Virus record (IMG/VR): IMGVR_UViG_3300050019_000176
Coordinates: 1 to 64,000 of that record
Reading direction: 5' to 3' (one strand)
DNA from: a virus
Length of the DNA: 64,000 nucleotides
This document shows, piece after piece, positions 1 to 10,178 of the stretch (position 1 is its first letter; each line of letters starts with the position of its first letter). The position numbers and the translations under genes are program-made. Under the pieces are notes generated by a model, which had not been told where the DNA came from, did not search any database, and worked only from the letters and a program-made list of their open reading frames with translations.

Positions 1-245
1 CGCGTTTCCAGGGTTTTGAGTGTGGCCCACTTGGGCAGCACGTCCTGATCGAGTTTGAAGGTCCAGGCGGAGAGGTCGCCCCAATCTCCCTCGCGCGGTG
101 GCAGGAGTTCGATACGGGCGATATTTGGGCCGGTGGCGCCATCGGCATGGAGGTTGTTGGCGGTGATGATTTCCTCGTGGGAGTCGGTAGTCTCGGACCA
201 AAACTCCCGGTCGTTTGTGAGTACGAATGATGCAAATTGGCACAT
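1..245 (-). CDS. 5' part of a paralog of the LRR protein at 3547-4290 (runs off the window)
   Basis: 1-245 is near-identical to 4046-4290 (about 9 substitutions); ATG at 245 gives MCQFASFVLTNDREFWSETTDSHEEI. Confidence 0.85.
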   Translation of the reverse strand, partial: MCQFASFVLTNDREFWSETTDSHEEIITANNLHADGATGPNIARIELLPPREGDWGDLSAWTFKLDQDVLPKWATLKTLET

Positions 246-487
246 AACGTCTATTCCTTTCCAATACTAAGAACCAGTTTTTGAGTGGTTCTTTAAGCAA
301 ACGATACACCCGTTCTTCACATAATGCAAGGACTATTTTGCGAGAAAGGTGGATATTTTTTTCTTGCGGTTTGCCTTGGTTTGGTGCAGAATAGGGGTAT
401 TGTAGGGTTGTTGTTCTCCATTCGGCAACCGCGGCGCTGTGGTTTCCTTCCTTTCCCTCGGCGCCGCGGTGGAAATAAAGGCATGTC

Positions 488-820
488 TTGGGCAAGACAT
501 TGACGATAGCTGATAAAGTCCGCGAACTCCTGGCGACCGAACCTACATGGACCCACGCCAAGATTGCCCTGCACTGCGGTTGCTCGGTCGGTTGGGTGAA
601 AACGGTCTCTTCTCGCGCCGGCCACCGTCAACTTTCCCTAGAGCCGCGCATCCAAGCACTCGAACAGACGGTAAAAGACATCCTGGAGCACCTTAACCGC
701 AGCGAAAAACGCACCAAAGTGTCTACAACCTACACACTATCACCACGGCAGAGCCTACGGATTCATGGCAAGACTTCGCTGGATGACTCCGGCGCGCATC
801 CAATTATAGCAAGACCGTGA
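488..820 (+). CDS. Small HTH DNA-binding protein
   Basis: VRELLATEPTWTHAKIALHCGCSVGWVKTV is HTH-like, followed by a short coiled coil. Confidence 0.6.
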   Translation: MGKTLTIADKVRELLATEPTWTHAKIALHCGCSVGWVKTVSSRAGHRQLSLEPRIQALEQTVKDILEHLNRSEKRTKVSTTYTLSPRQSLRIHGKTSLDDSGAHPIIARP

Positions 821-834
821 GAGGTAAACTACCA

Positions 835-1719
835 ATGGCAAAAGCTGCACGAAAGCGTAGCCACCAGCAGGCGGTACTTAACAATCTGGTGGTGGTGAGT
901 GACATTCATGCTGGCTGTAGGCTGGCACTCTGCCCACCGGGCGGTGTGCCCCTCGATGATGGCGGGACCTACCATCCTTCGCCGCTACAGTTGAAAATGT
1001 GGGCGATGTGGCGGGAGTTCTGGGACGTGTTCGTGCCACGCGCGACACGGAAAGAACCTTTTGGCGTCGTGATTAACGGCGATGTCGTAGACGGCGTACA
1101 TCACAATTCGACGACCCAGATATCCCACAACCTGATGGATCAGGCCACCATTGCTCAGATGATATTGGCCCCCGTAGCAAAAGCCTGTCAAGGCCGGCTG
1201 TGGATGGTGCGCGGAACGGAAGCGCATGTCGGCCAAAGCGCAGCGACAGAGGAGGGAATCGCCAAGGCCATCGGTGCCATTCCGAACGCCGAAGGCCAGT
1301 GCGCTCGGTGGGATCTGTGGAAGTCGATCGGCCCGGGCAAGTTAGTTCACTTCCTGCACCACATTGGAACCACAGGAAGTCAGGCGTATGAGGCTACCGC
1401 GGTTCATAAAGAACTGGTGGAAGAGTTCGTCGAGGCGGCCCGTTGGCACCGGGATGCACCCTCGATAATTGTACGTAGTCACCGCCACCGATACATCGAG
1501 GACACGATTGCAACCGGCAGTTCGACGGGCGAAACTTGCCGCGCAATCGCTGTTGTAACGCCCGGCTGGCAGGCCAAGACGCCCTTTGCCTGGAAGATTC
1601 CCGGCGCCCGGCTGAGTACTCCACAGTTTGGCGGTCTGGTGCTACGATGGGTCGACGACGACCGGCAGATTTTCGTGGTCCCGCGTATTTGGACAGTTGA
1701 TCGATCCCCTGTTGAGTAA
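835..1719 (+). CDS. Calcineurin-like metallophosphoesterase
   Basis: Motifs SDIH, NGDVVDG, GTEAH, HH, RSHRH; ORF track starts at 817, ATG at 835 follows GAGGT. Confidence 0.85.
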   Translation: MAKAARKRSHQQAVLNNLVVVSDIHAGCRLALCPPGGVPLDDGGTYHPSPLQLKMWAMWREFWDVFVPRATRKEPFGVVINGDVVDGVHHNSTTQISHNLMDQATIAQMILAPVAKACQGRLWMVRGTEAHVGQSAATEEGIAKAIGAIPNAEGQCARWDLWKSIGPGKLVHFLHHIGTTGSQAYEATAVHKELVEEFVEAARWHRDAPSIIVRSHRHRYIEDTIATGSSTGETCRAIAVVTPGWQAKTPFAWKIPGARLSTPQFGGLVLRWVDDDRQIFVVPRIWTVDRSPVE

Positions 1720-1753
1720 GCATAATGCCATTAAAAACCTGCCCAGGAACCGA

Positions 1754-2014
1754 ATGAAAACAAAGGCTGTTCCACCCATAACCCATAACGAGCTTCTCGC
1801 CGCTTGGGAAGACCTGGACGTCATCCGCGGTTCGCTCTCGATGCCAGTCGATCGGCCGCCGAACAGCTTCACGGTCGCCGAATACGCGCAACGCTACGGC
1901 TTGTTGCGTCGGACGGCCACTGAGCAATTGCAAAAACTTGTGAATGCCGGCAAATTGAAACATGTGCAGTGCATCGTGGACCGGAAGCTCGCCAACGTCT
2001 ATTGGATCCCCTGA
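1754..2014 (+). CDS. Winged-helix DNA-binding protein
   Basis: FTVAEYAQRYGLLRRTATEQLQKLVNAGKL pattern. Confidence 0.6.
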   Translation: MKTKAVPPITHNELLAAWEDLDVIRGSLSMPVDRPPNSFTVAEYAQRYGLLRRTATEQLQKLVNAGKLKHVQCIVDRKLANVYWIP

Positions 2015-2484
2015 TGCCGAGTAAACTGTATCTGACGGTTCCGCCATCCATCGTTCGCCGAATCAAGGCGCAGGCGAAGGCTGCATTCCCGAAGGAAACC
2101 TATGGGCTATTGCTGGGTACGGTTGTGGGCGATCATGTACACGTTGATGAACCCTACGCGCCGGATGATGTCAGCCAGCACGCCACAAACTGGCGCGTTC
2201 TTCCCCAGGCACACTGGTTTGTGGACGCACGCGAGGCTGCGGAGGAACTATTTCCCGATACTAGGGTGGTTGGTTACTACCATTCGCATCCATGGGCCAT
2301 CGGCGAACACAAGCACCGAGTAGACGATCGGGCGCTCTCGGAGTCGGACATTGACGGCCATCCGCCCGGGCTGGCGCTGGCCGGCGTGTGCGTGGTGGAG
2401 GATTTTCTGCGGAAGGGGAGACGGACCATGCGCGCCTCGGTGCGTTTTTGGGCTCCGCTTATAACCGTGGTAATGGAGGATTGA
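2014..2484 (+). CDS. JAB/MPN (Mov34) metalloprotease domain protein
   Basis: FPKETYGLLLG ... VVGYYHSHP ... LSESD (JAMM E-HxH-SxxD); TGATG coupling to the upstream gene. Confidence 0.85.
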   Translation: MPSKLYLTVPPSIVRRIKAQAKAAFPKETYGLLLGTVVGDHVHVDEPYAPDDVSQHATNWRVLPQAHWFVDAREAAEELFPDTRVVGYYHSHPWAIGEHKHRVDDRALSESDIDGHPPGLALAGVCVVEDFLRKGRRTMRASVRFWAPLITVVMED

Positions 2485-2864
2485 TGGCAAAACAGAAAAC
2501 GGTGGACAGGCGGGAAGTGGCGGACAGGCGAGAGGCCGTCCGCTATCCAGTTGACTACCTGTACATATCACTTAACTGGAACTTTATCAAGATGATGGCG
2601 CAGATTGCTCAGTACGCCGAAGGCAAGTACGGCCGCGCTGAAAACTACGTGGATTCGGAACTGAAACGCAACCGATCCCCGCTGAATCACATACCGGAGC
2701 ACCTACGGCAGTACCTCACCGGCGAACCGCACGATCATTTTGACAGTCAGGCGTACCACCTCGCCGCGATTGCCTACAATAGCATGATGGAGTATTTTTA
2801 CTTCGTCCAGAGGGGTAATGAGGCCGGCGAACTCTACAAAGAACCAACGGACCAGCCGGGATGA
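2484..2864 (+). CDS. dATP/dGTP diphosphohydrolase-like (DUF5664-type) protein
   Basis: AQYAEGKYGRAENY ... HLRQYLTGE..D ... HLAAIAYN pattern. Confidence 0.7.
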   Translation: MAKQKTVDRREVADRREAVRYPVDYLYISLNWNFIKMMAQIAQYAEGKYGRAENYVDSELKRNRSPLNHIPEHLRQYLTGEPHDHFDSQAYHLAAIAYNSMMEYFYFVQRGNEAGELYKEPTDQPG

Positions 2865-2967
2865 AAATACCCAAAGCTGGGCAGTCCGTGTGTTCTGAGT
2901 ACCAGGATCGAGCCGTGTACGCACTTGGCAACCATTACGGTTAGCATGTCTTATTATCCCCCATTGG

Positions 2968-3547
2968 TCAGGTTGTCATCCGTGCTATAGTCTGATCGGT
3001 GCGCGCCGGCGCCGATGGTACGCTGCGCTCCAGGTGGTAGGCCCACCGCTCGGCCTCGTCGGGGCGCTCGGTGCGCCCCGTGATTGTCCAGTGATGCCCA
3101 TTCAGGCGGATAACGGCGCCGATGGGGTGTTCCTCGCAGGTGAACAGGTCCAGGCGTTTACGGAGGGGCATTTATAGCCCCCCTTCCGAATTGGCCTTCA
3201 TCGCCTCGGCGAAGGCTTCGCGGCCGGCCTCGATCTGGACGGCCCGGCAGTACAGCCGGAGCGATAGCCAGCGGCAGCCGATCGGCGAACACCAGAAGGC
3301 TACCGCCATAGTGGCCAGCAGGATCAGGGAAACGGCGAGAACGGCGTTGATGTCGTTATGCGTCATGGCCGGCCCCCTGGTACTCATTTGCTTTTCTTCT
3401 CCTCGCACACGTATAGCGGTAGATTCGCCCAACCATCAGAACCACAGCGGTTTTCTGTTCTTCGGTGAGTGGGCCGCCTGCGATCTTCTCACAGGCGGCA
3501 ATGTTGGCCTTGCACTTGTCGTGGTACTCGTTGAAGTCATAGGCCAT
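2968..3547 (-). CDS. Three small coupled hypothetical genes (3547-3356, about 3387-3172, 3171-2968)
   Basis: Abutting or overlapping start/stop codons downstream of the LRR gene. Confidence 0.5.
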
Positions 3548-4290
3548 CACCGAACCACCTTCGCCTGTAAGTATTTGGGGACCTTGAGCCCGGTGCAGCC
3601 GGAGAGGTCGAGCCACCCGCCGACGGAGAGGTCCTGGGGCAACGCCTTGAGCCCGGTGCAGCCGGAGAGGTTGAGGCTCCCGCGGACGGAGAGGCCCTGG
3701 GGCAACTCCTTGAGCCCGGTGCAGCCGGTGAGGTTGAGCCACCCGCCGACGGAGAGGCCCTGGGGCAACGCCTTGAGCCCGGTGCAGCCGTAGAGGTAGA
3801 GGCTCCCGCGGACGGAGAGGCCCTGGGGCAACTCCTTGAGCCCGGTGCAGCCGGAGAGGTTGAGACTCCCGCCGACGGAGAGGCCCTGGGGCAACGCCTT
3901 GAGCCCGGTGCAGCCGGAGAGGTTGAGACTCCCGCCGACGGAGAGGCCCTGGGGCAACGCCTTGAGCCCGGTGCAGCCGGAGAGGTCGAGGCTCCCGCCG
4001 ACCTTATAGCCGTTCTGAAAGCGGCGTGCGGCAGCAGCGCGGGTGCGCGTTTCCAGGGTTTTGAGTGTGGCCCACTTGGGCAGCACGTCCTGATCGAGTT
4101 TGAAGGTCCAGGCGGAGAGGTCGCCCCAATCTCCCTCGCGCGGTGGCAGGAGTTCGATACGGGCGATATTTGAGCCGGTGGCGCCATCGGCATGGAGCTT
4201 GTTGGCGCGTATAATTTCCTCATGGGAGTCGGTTGTCTCGGACCAAAACTCCCGGTCGTTTGTGAGCACGAATGATGCAAATTGGCACAT
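3547..4290 (-). CDS. Leucine-rich repeat protein
   Basis: About 7 tandem 21-aa repeats LSVGGSLNLSGCTGLKALPQG after an N-terminal domain. Confidence 0.85.
   Translation of the reverse strand: MCQFASFVLTNDREFWSETTDSHEEIIRANKLHADGATGSNIARIELLPPREGDWGDLSAWTFKLDQDVLPKWATLKTLETRTRAAAARRFQNGYKVGGSLDLSGCTGLKALPQGLSVGGSLNLSGCTGLKALPQGLSVGGSLNLSGCTGLKELPQGLSVRGSLYLYGCTGLKALPQGLSVGGWLNLTGCTGLKELPQGLSVRGSLNLSGCTGLKALPQDLSVGGWLDLSGCTGLKVPKYLQAKVVR
3575..4005. repeat. 63-bp tandem repeat encoding the LRR units
   Basis: ccttgagcccggtgcagccg recurs every 63 bp (3582, 3645, 3708, 3771, 3834, 3897, 3960 approx.). Confidence 0.95.
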
Positions 4291-4292
4291 TT

Positions 4293-6795
4293 CTAAAACA
4301 TCTCCTTTTGTCTTTCGCCGCCAAATAGCGGCAGGTCTTCAACTGCTTTTTGCGGGCGCTGCGGCGCGCGTGCGCTCCGAAACTCCCACGTTACCCGTTC
4401 GGCATCGAGACGCGATTCTCGCTCCGTGTCAGCTTCGCCAGCAATCGGCGGAATTTCCCGCTTTGTGGTTGTCATTGGTTGAACTATACGCCTCCGTGAT
4501 GGCTATGTCAATAGTTATTTCACGCTCCCCATAAATTAGCGTCTACGTCCGTCATGGAGCGTAGGCCCGCATCTTCGCCCGCGGCTGCATCTTTGCCTGA
4601 CGTGACCGGCTCCGCCTGCGGCCCGTGGCAAGTCAGACCGAACACGGCGCCCGATCGGTACCAGCGTGCCATGGCGCCAGCGGGAATGAATGCCCCGCAC
4701 TCATGGCAGGTAGCAGGACGCCGAAGTCGGATCGGGATAGCGCGCCGGCCCCGTTGCTGGTTCATCAGTATCCCCCCAACGCATCCGCCACGGCCCCCGT
4801 GCGCCAGGTCCGCAGGGTGAACCGTTTGGCGTTCTTGGCCTTCCTTCGCCGCTCCATCAGATGGTACTGATAGGCGACCTGCAGCCGAATGCAGAGAAAC
4901 AGCAGCGATGGGTTAACCATTACGCTACCTCGCTCTGTGCCACTTTCGGCCGCAGGTCCGTTACGTGCATCACGACGTCACAGCCAACGTAATGACCGAC
5001 GCGCCAGCCGTCCGCAGGCGCATCAACCGGCCTTATATCCGTTTGCACAGTGACGGGCCCGGATATGAGATCCTCGAAGAGATGCCACCGCAAGATGCCG
5101 AACTTTGGGTGCTTCACGTCCAGGCTGCCGACCTTCACGCCTTTGGTGCGCGTGTTCTCGCTGCCGGCGTCAAACCGTGGCGCAACTATGGTTACTTCGG
5201 CGCCGCGCAGCAAGGCCAGTAAACCGCCGCTGTAGCTGTCGATGATAATACGTCCGTTGGTCTTCACTTCGCCTTGGTCGTAGAACCCTCGATAACCGGA
5301 GGAGAATGTTACCCGGGTGCAGTACCCTAGCGTCAAATCCCAGGTATCGCCCAACTTGAGCCCGTCGCGCTTCTCCTCGAACATCTGTGCCAGCGTACCA
5401 TCGGCCCAGATGTAGGAGCAAAACAGCTTACGTTCGTACCGTGTTTTCATCGTCGTACCATCCTTTCACAACGTCTTCGCCAGCCATCCAAGGCCATCGG
5501 CGAACACCCAGAGCAACCCTATCAGGATCACCAGGGCTACAAAAGTCATCGATGAGAGAATGCTTTTGCGTGGTCACTGTGTAACCTCCGGTGGCAGATA
5601 GGCAGCATCGATGGCCGCCGCTTCCATGTCTTGTGCAAGACTTCTGGACAATTGGACATTCGCCGCAGGCTCGGTCCAGGTGGCCTCATTCCCGAGTGGA
5701 TGCAAAGACCGGATGCGGCCCGACGCCCCACAGTTGATGCAATACGCTGGCCTGATACCGGCGCTTACTGGAACGATCACGATGGAGCCGCACGCGCGGC
5801 AGGTAGAATGGGCGACCGCCAGAAGCCCGCCATCGATGCCTTGCCGCTCCCGCTCTCCTGCTATCAGGTCCAGGCAGAGTGCGGCGAAACGATCGGCCCG
5901 CGTCATCGTGCCCACCTCGCCATATTGTGAAAGTCAATCTCCACCAGGCGCATACGCGGCGCCGATGTCCAAGTGGACTCCGCCACCTTCGCCCGCCGCA
6001 TCATCGCCAGTACTGCATGGATAACTCGCCTCACGATTGCACCTCGCCATCCATCAACCGCGCATCGAAGGTTGGTCGGTCAACTCGGGATCCAAAAGCC
6101 ATCGCCGCCCGCCGCGCCATGGTCTTAGCAACGCAGCACCCGCCAGCGATAGACCAGAAATCCCCGTGCGCCTCGAACGCAGGAGCGGTGGCTATCTGCG
6201 CACCGGCCCCGTACATGTCCCACACCCGCAACGGGATAGAGTTCAAGTGCTCGTCTCCGCGATCCAGCGCCCGACGCACCTTCCGCAGGAATGCCGGATC
6301 CGAACCGACAAACGACACCCCCGCCATTTTCGCCACGCTCGCGTAATACTCCTCATGCGTTACCTTCCCGTTCATGTAGTCTTTTCTCGTCATTGTGTTA
6401 CCTTCCTTTCCTTACAGCGTCATAAACGGCCCGATACCGCATTTCGGATCACCACACACTGAGCACACCGACCCGCGCCGCCGCTCCGGAGTAGTGGCAG
6501 CGTCCGGAAACATCGCTACTTGCATCATATTATGATGCCCGCGCGCTGTCTCGCTCGCGTCCACCATCCCGAACAACCCGCCGACCATGAGTACCTCGGC
6601 ATCCTGCCGCGCCACTTCCACATCGCGCACGACCAGCACCCGGCCCCGGCTGTACTTCGCCTTCGGTGCCTCCACCTGATCCAGTAGCGACACCACAACC
6701 GGCGCGCGTACTTCGGTGATCGCGTCCAGCCAGCTAAGCTCCCGGTACTCGGTCGCTTGCGTCTGCTCGCTCCGTTGTGTGTTCGTTGCTATCAT
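4293..6795 (-). CDS. Cluster of small leftward early-type hypothetical genes (4293-4475, 4520-4765, 4920-5450, 5574-5915, 6031-6393, 6412-6795)
   Basis: Co-oriented ORFs with RBS-like sequences; 4520-4765 and 5574-5915 carry CxxC zinc motifs. Confidence 0.6.
4483..4512 (-). promoter_or_regulatory. Sigma70-type promoter, leaderless start for the gene at 4475
   Basis: TTGACA-N18-TATAGT, 7 nt before ATG. Confidence 0.7.
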
Positions 6796-6801
6796 GGCCC
6801 A

Positions 6802-6831
6802 ACTATACGCCCACGCTATCCAGCAGTCAAG
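6802..6831 (-). promoter_or_regulatory. Sigma70-type promoter, leaderless start for the gene at 6795
   Basis: TTGACT-N18-TATAGT, 6 nt before ATG; shares GGCGTATAGTT with the 4483 promoter. Confidence 0.7.
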
Positions 6832-7039
6832 GACTATTTGTATTTATTTTTCGCGCTGCGTATACATATGATACTGCGCCATTTGCGCGCACTCCACTAA
6901 ACGGCTTAGGGGAAGCTCGCGCCACGTCTTGTACAAGACTCTGGACATCTGGACACACACCAGCAGGCAGAAACCCCATACCATCGCTGCATCGTTCTTT
7001 CCCCCAATAGCAGTTAAGACCAAAGGGAGAAAGCAGGAG

Positions 7040-7460
7040 AACCCCACACACACCCACCGGCCCCCAACCCCCAACCCCCAACCCCCGAACCGCGGCCACC
7101 CCTTACCAACGGCCAGCCCGCCCACACAGCCCCGGGCCAACGGCCAGCCCGCACCTTCGCTGCCTTCAATAGCCACAAACCCACACACCCAGCCGAACCT
7201 AAGCACCACGCCCCAACCGGCCACCCCTTTACCCTAGCCCCATTACCCCTCAACACCCACCCGCAGCCAGCCACCCCCGGCCGCCATAGACCCCACACCG
7301 CAAGCCAGCCGCGCCCCCTATCCTTATCAACACCTTGCACCCACCAACCAGGCGCCCATCACACCAGCCCCGCCCCGGGCCAACCACAACCCCAGCACCA
7401 CCCGCCCCGCCCCGCTATAGCCTAACCCCTTTCATTCCATCGGCGCCACATAGCCCCCAG
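7040..7460. other. C/A-rich low-complexity strand-skewed non-coding region including (C5A2)3C5
   Basis: Plus strand strongly C-rich and G/T-poor; ccccc-aa repeats at 7061-7086. Confidence 0.85.
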
Positions 7461-8235
7461 TCTATACCTTTCCCCCTCTCCCGGCGCGCGTAATGTGTCC
7501 AGAATGGCAGGGGGTCACCTTCCCCGATCTCCTTTTTGTAACCACTGAGGTTGCAGTTAGCATCATAGTCTTGCCACTGCACGCATATACTTTTCTAGAC
7601 TTGTCTCCGAAATCCCCGGCTGGAGACCGGCGAGTCATGGCAAGACTTCGAGCGGCAGAAGACCGGCGAACGCGTTGCAGGGGAGAAATCCTTATCGGAC
7701 TGGTTTGGTCACGTTCAAGGGAAGCCCTGTAGCGCATCGCCACGGGGTGGTTGATGCTGTAGCATCCCCCAGGGAAGCCACGGGAAGCGTTCAAATAAGC
7801 AGAAGACGGTGAACGCCAGTTATCGCGGCTCGGCTCCGTTACCCTGCATCACGCTACATGGGCATCGAACGCATGGACATTATGAACGCATGAAGGCAAG
7901 GCAGAGAGAGAGTGAGCGCGAGTAGGGAGAACTCGCAGGTAGGCAAGGGCAGGGACGCGCAAGCCCATCGCCGCCCACCTACACCTGGGCGCCACGGACA
8001 CCACGCCGACCGGCAGCCAGCCACCGGCCCGGGACCAACCTCCCGGCCACCGGCCCGCCGCCGACCATCCAGCGCACAGGGGACCGGGCAGGTAAGTTGG
8101 CGAAGGGAAAATCCGGAGACAGCTTCAGCGGCCTCTGTTTTTCAGAATCGCAGAATCAATTCCAGGAAATATTTTACAAAAAATCAGTTACCGGATTGTT
8201 GTGACAGTGAGCGAGAACGGAGCGAAAATGACCGC

Positions 8236-8264
8236 TTGACTTCGTTCAGTAATACTGGTATGAT
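8236..8264 (+). promoter_or_regulatory. Leaderless promoter for the resolvase
   Basis: TTGACT-N17-TATGAT, 7 nt before ATG 8272. Confidence 0.65.
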
Positions 8265-8271
8265 TTGAAAT

Positions 8272-8853
8272 ATGAACACGGCAATATATGCGCGAGTGAG
8301 CACGGGTGAGCAGGACTGCACGATTCAGTTGGAGGAATTGCGGCGGTACGTTTCGGCGCGTGGGTGGGTGGTAGTTGGGGAGTACGTCGATGATGGGGTG
8401 AGTGGGGTAAAGGCAAGCAGGCCGGCGCTGGACCGGCTGATGGAGGATGTAAGCGCCCGGCGTATCGATGTAGTGGTGGTGTGGAAACTGGACCGGTTCT
8501 CGCGGTCGACGATCCAGTTTCTGCGGCAAGTGGAGGCATTGGATGCGGCTGGGGTGCGGTTCATTGCGACGAGTCAGGGGATCGACACGGATAAGTCAAA
8601 CCCGACGGCTCGATTGTTCATGCAAATCATTGCGGCTGTGGCAGAATTTGACCGGCAGATGATCCTGGAGCGGACGTCGATGGGGCGGGCGAAGGCGGTA
8701 GCGGACGGGGTGGTGATGGGGAGGCCGCGGCTAGTGATTGACCGGCTGGTGGTGAAGGAGATGCGGGAGGCGGGAAAAAGTGTGCGGGAGATTGCGGCGA
8801 AGGTAGGGGCGAGTGTAGGGAAGGTGCACGGGATGCTGAAGGAGGGGTTATGA
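8272..8853 (+). CDS. Serine recombinase (resolvase/invertase family) with C-terminal HTH
   Basis: AIYARVST catalytic Ser motif, VVVWKLDRFSRS, GRP, terminal HTH. Confidence 0.95.
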   Translation: MNTAIYARVSTGEQDCTIQLEELRRYVSARGWVVVGEYVDDGVSGVKASRPALDRLMEDVSARRIDVVVVWKLDRFSRSTIQFLRQVEALDAAGVRFIATSQGIDTDKSNPTARLFMQIIAAVAEFDRQMILERTSMGRAKAVADGVVMGRPRLVIDRLVVKEMREAGKSVREIAAKVGASVGKVHGMLKEGL

Positions 8854-9464
8854 GTGGGCGGCGGGACGCATACGCGGCAGAGTTCCACGCCATCCGCACG
8901 TCGATCATTGAGCGTGACGTATCATGCGTTAAGTGCGGATACAATAAACACTTGGAGGTACATCACGTCAAGGGGTACCGGATCAACGACCCGGGAGAGA
9001 TGCGGACCCTGTGTTATCTTTGCCACCTGATCGCGCCGCATCATACTGGGTACTGGGAATGGGAATCTAGTGGCATCGACGGATGGAACACTGCGCTGGA
9101 CCACTTATGCGCAGAAGTTCCAGTTGACCGTGAGTACATGCGGCGATGCCTAACGGTATGGCTGGATTTTCGGAGGTCGAGTCCGGACTTTCTGCTTGGT
9201 GCGAGGCAGCGGATGAAGGCGCGTGGGGAGCGGTGTGAGGGACGAAAGCCGTACGGGCACTATGACGGCGAGGCGCCAGTGCTTGCGGAAATCCGGAGTG
9301 CGGCGGTTGGTGGGGAGAGTGCGGCGGCGATAGCGAGGGAGTTAAATGACAGGGGGGTGCGTACTCGATCGGGTGGGGAGTGGTTTCCATACACGGTTGG
9401 GAGGATTTTGGGGCGGGTAGGGAGCGGCGTCCAGGAGACGGAGATAAACCTGGAAAGGAGATAG
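8850..9464 (+). CDS. HNH nuclease fused to a recombinase DNA-binding domain
   Basis: N-terminal CVKC..LEVHH..TLCYLCH; C-terminal GRKPYG..SAAAIARELNDRGVRTRSGGEW..TVGRIL. Confidence 0.7.
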   Translation: MSGRRDAYAAEFHAIRTSIIERDVSCVKCGYNKHLEVHHVKGYRINDPGEMRTLCYLCHLIAPHHTGYWEWESSGIDGWNTALDHLCAEVPVDREYMRRCLTVWLDFRRSSPDFLLGARQRMKARGERCEGRKPYGHYDGEAPVLAEIRSAAVGGESAAAIARELNDRGVRTRSGGEWFPYTVGRILGRVGSGVQETEINLERR

Positions 9465-10004
9465 ATGATGTCAAGGACCACGAAACGTGACGAAATCCGA
9501 GCGTACATAAAGCGCACAATAGAGGAAGGCGTACTCCTTCACAGTGCCAGGATGGCAGACCGAGTAGCGGCCGAAACCATTCGCCAACGAGCTTCTGCAT
9601 TGGCTGGCGACATTTCTTGGCATGTGTGCGAGGAGTACCGCTACCTGGAACTGGCCGACATATTCGAATGGAAGCGGGAAAGGGTGCGGAGGTAGGTGAT
9701 GGACACGCAAGAGGCAATTCGGACGATCAAAGCAGCGCTGGTACATTCCAATCTGGATAATCAGCGGTGCGTGGACGCTCTTACTGCGCTGGAGGTGCTC
9801 CGGAAGGACGGGGAGCGGCTACAGACCGCGCCAGAGTGCGAGTGCCGGAAGGCGCTGGAGCAAGCACTTCAGGCGAAGCGGGAGGCGGAAGCCGAACTTA
9901 CCGCGCTTGAAAACGTCCATGCCACGGCAGAGGCCGTAATTGTCCGGCTCCGCGCCGAGGTGGAGCGGCTGACGGTCCAATTGGCCGGGTGCAGTATAGC
10001 ATAA
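9465..10004 (+). CDS. Two hypothetical genes (9465-9695; 9696-10004 coiled coil)
   Basis: Abutting ORFs with RBS-like sequences. Confidence 0.5.
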
Positions 10005-10022
10005 ACTAGCCTAAACGAAGAA

Positions 10023-10099
10023 TGGAGGGGAGCGCCGGGCTCGAACCGGCATAGTCCAATTACGTTATCTCGTTTAGAAGACGAGAACGATAGCTCCCC
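10023..10099 (-). ncRNA. Rearranged tRNA-like RNA, anticodon UCU (Arg), no conventional D arm
   Basis: GGGGAGC/GCTCCCC-T-CCA, TTCGAGC T arm, CTCGT-CTTCTAA-ACGAG anticodon arm. Confidence 0.7.
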
Positions 10100-10100
10100 G

Positions 10101-10177
10101 TGGTGGCCCTCCCCGGACTCCAACCGGGCGCCTCTCCGTTAGGACCGGAGCGCTCTATGCGGATGAGCTAGAGGGCC
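10101..10177 (-). tRNA. tRNA-Arg(CCU), atypical D and T loops
   Basis: Full cloverleaf with CCA; T loop TTGGAGT. Confidence 0.85.
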
Positions 10178-10178
10178 A

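Noticed and set aside
3575-4005. CRISPR array
   Set aside because: Units are contiguous 63-bp coding repeats without unique spacers; no cas genes
1-4290. DGR template/variable repeat pair (1-245 versus 4046-4290)
   Set aside because: Mismatches are not adenine-specific on either strand, the repeat is at the gene 5' end, and no reverse transcriptase is in the window
7061-7086. Ciliate-type telomere contamination
   Set aside because: Only four units, C5A2 rather than C4A2, embedded in phage sequence
6777-8268. Protein-coding ORFs in the skewed region
   Set aside because: Low-complexity Pro/Gly translations on both strands with no motifs or RBS
10023-10099. Amber suppressor (CUA) tRNA or stop-codon recoding
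   Set aside because: A TT-CTA-AA loop has no closing stem; the paired stem centres on TCT. Long genes are intact in the standard code
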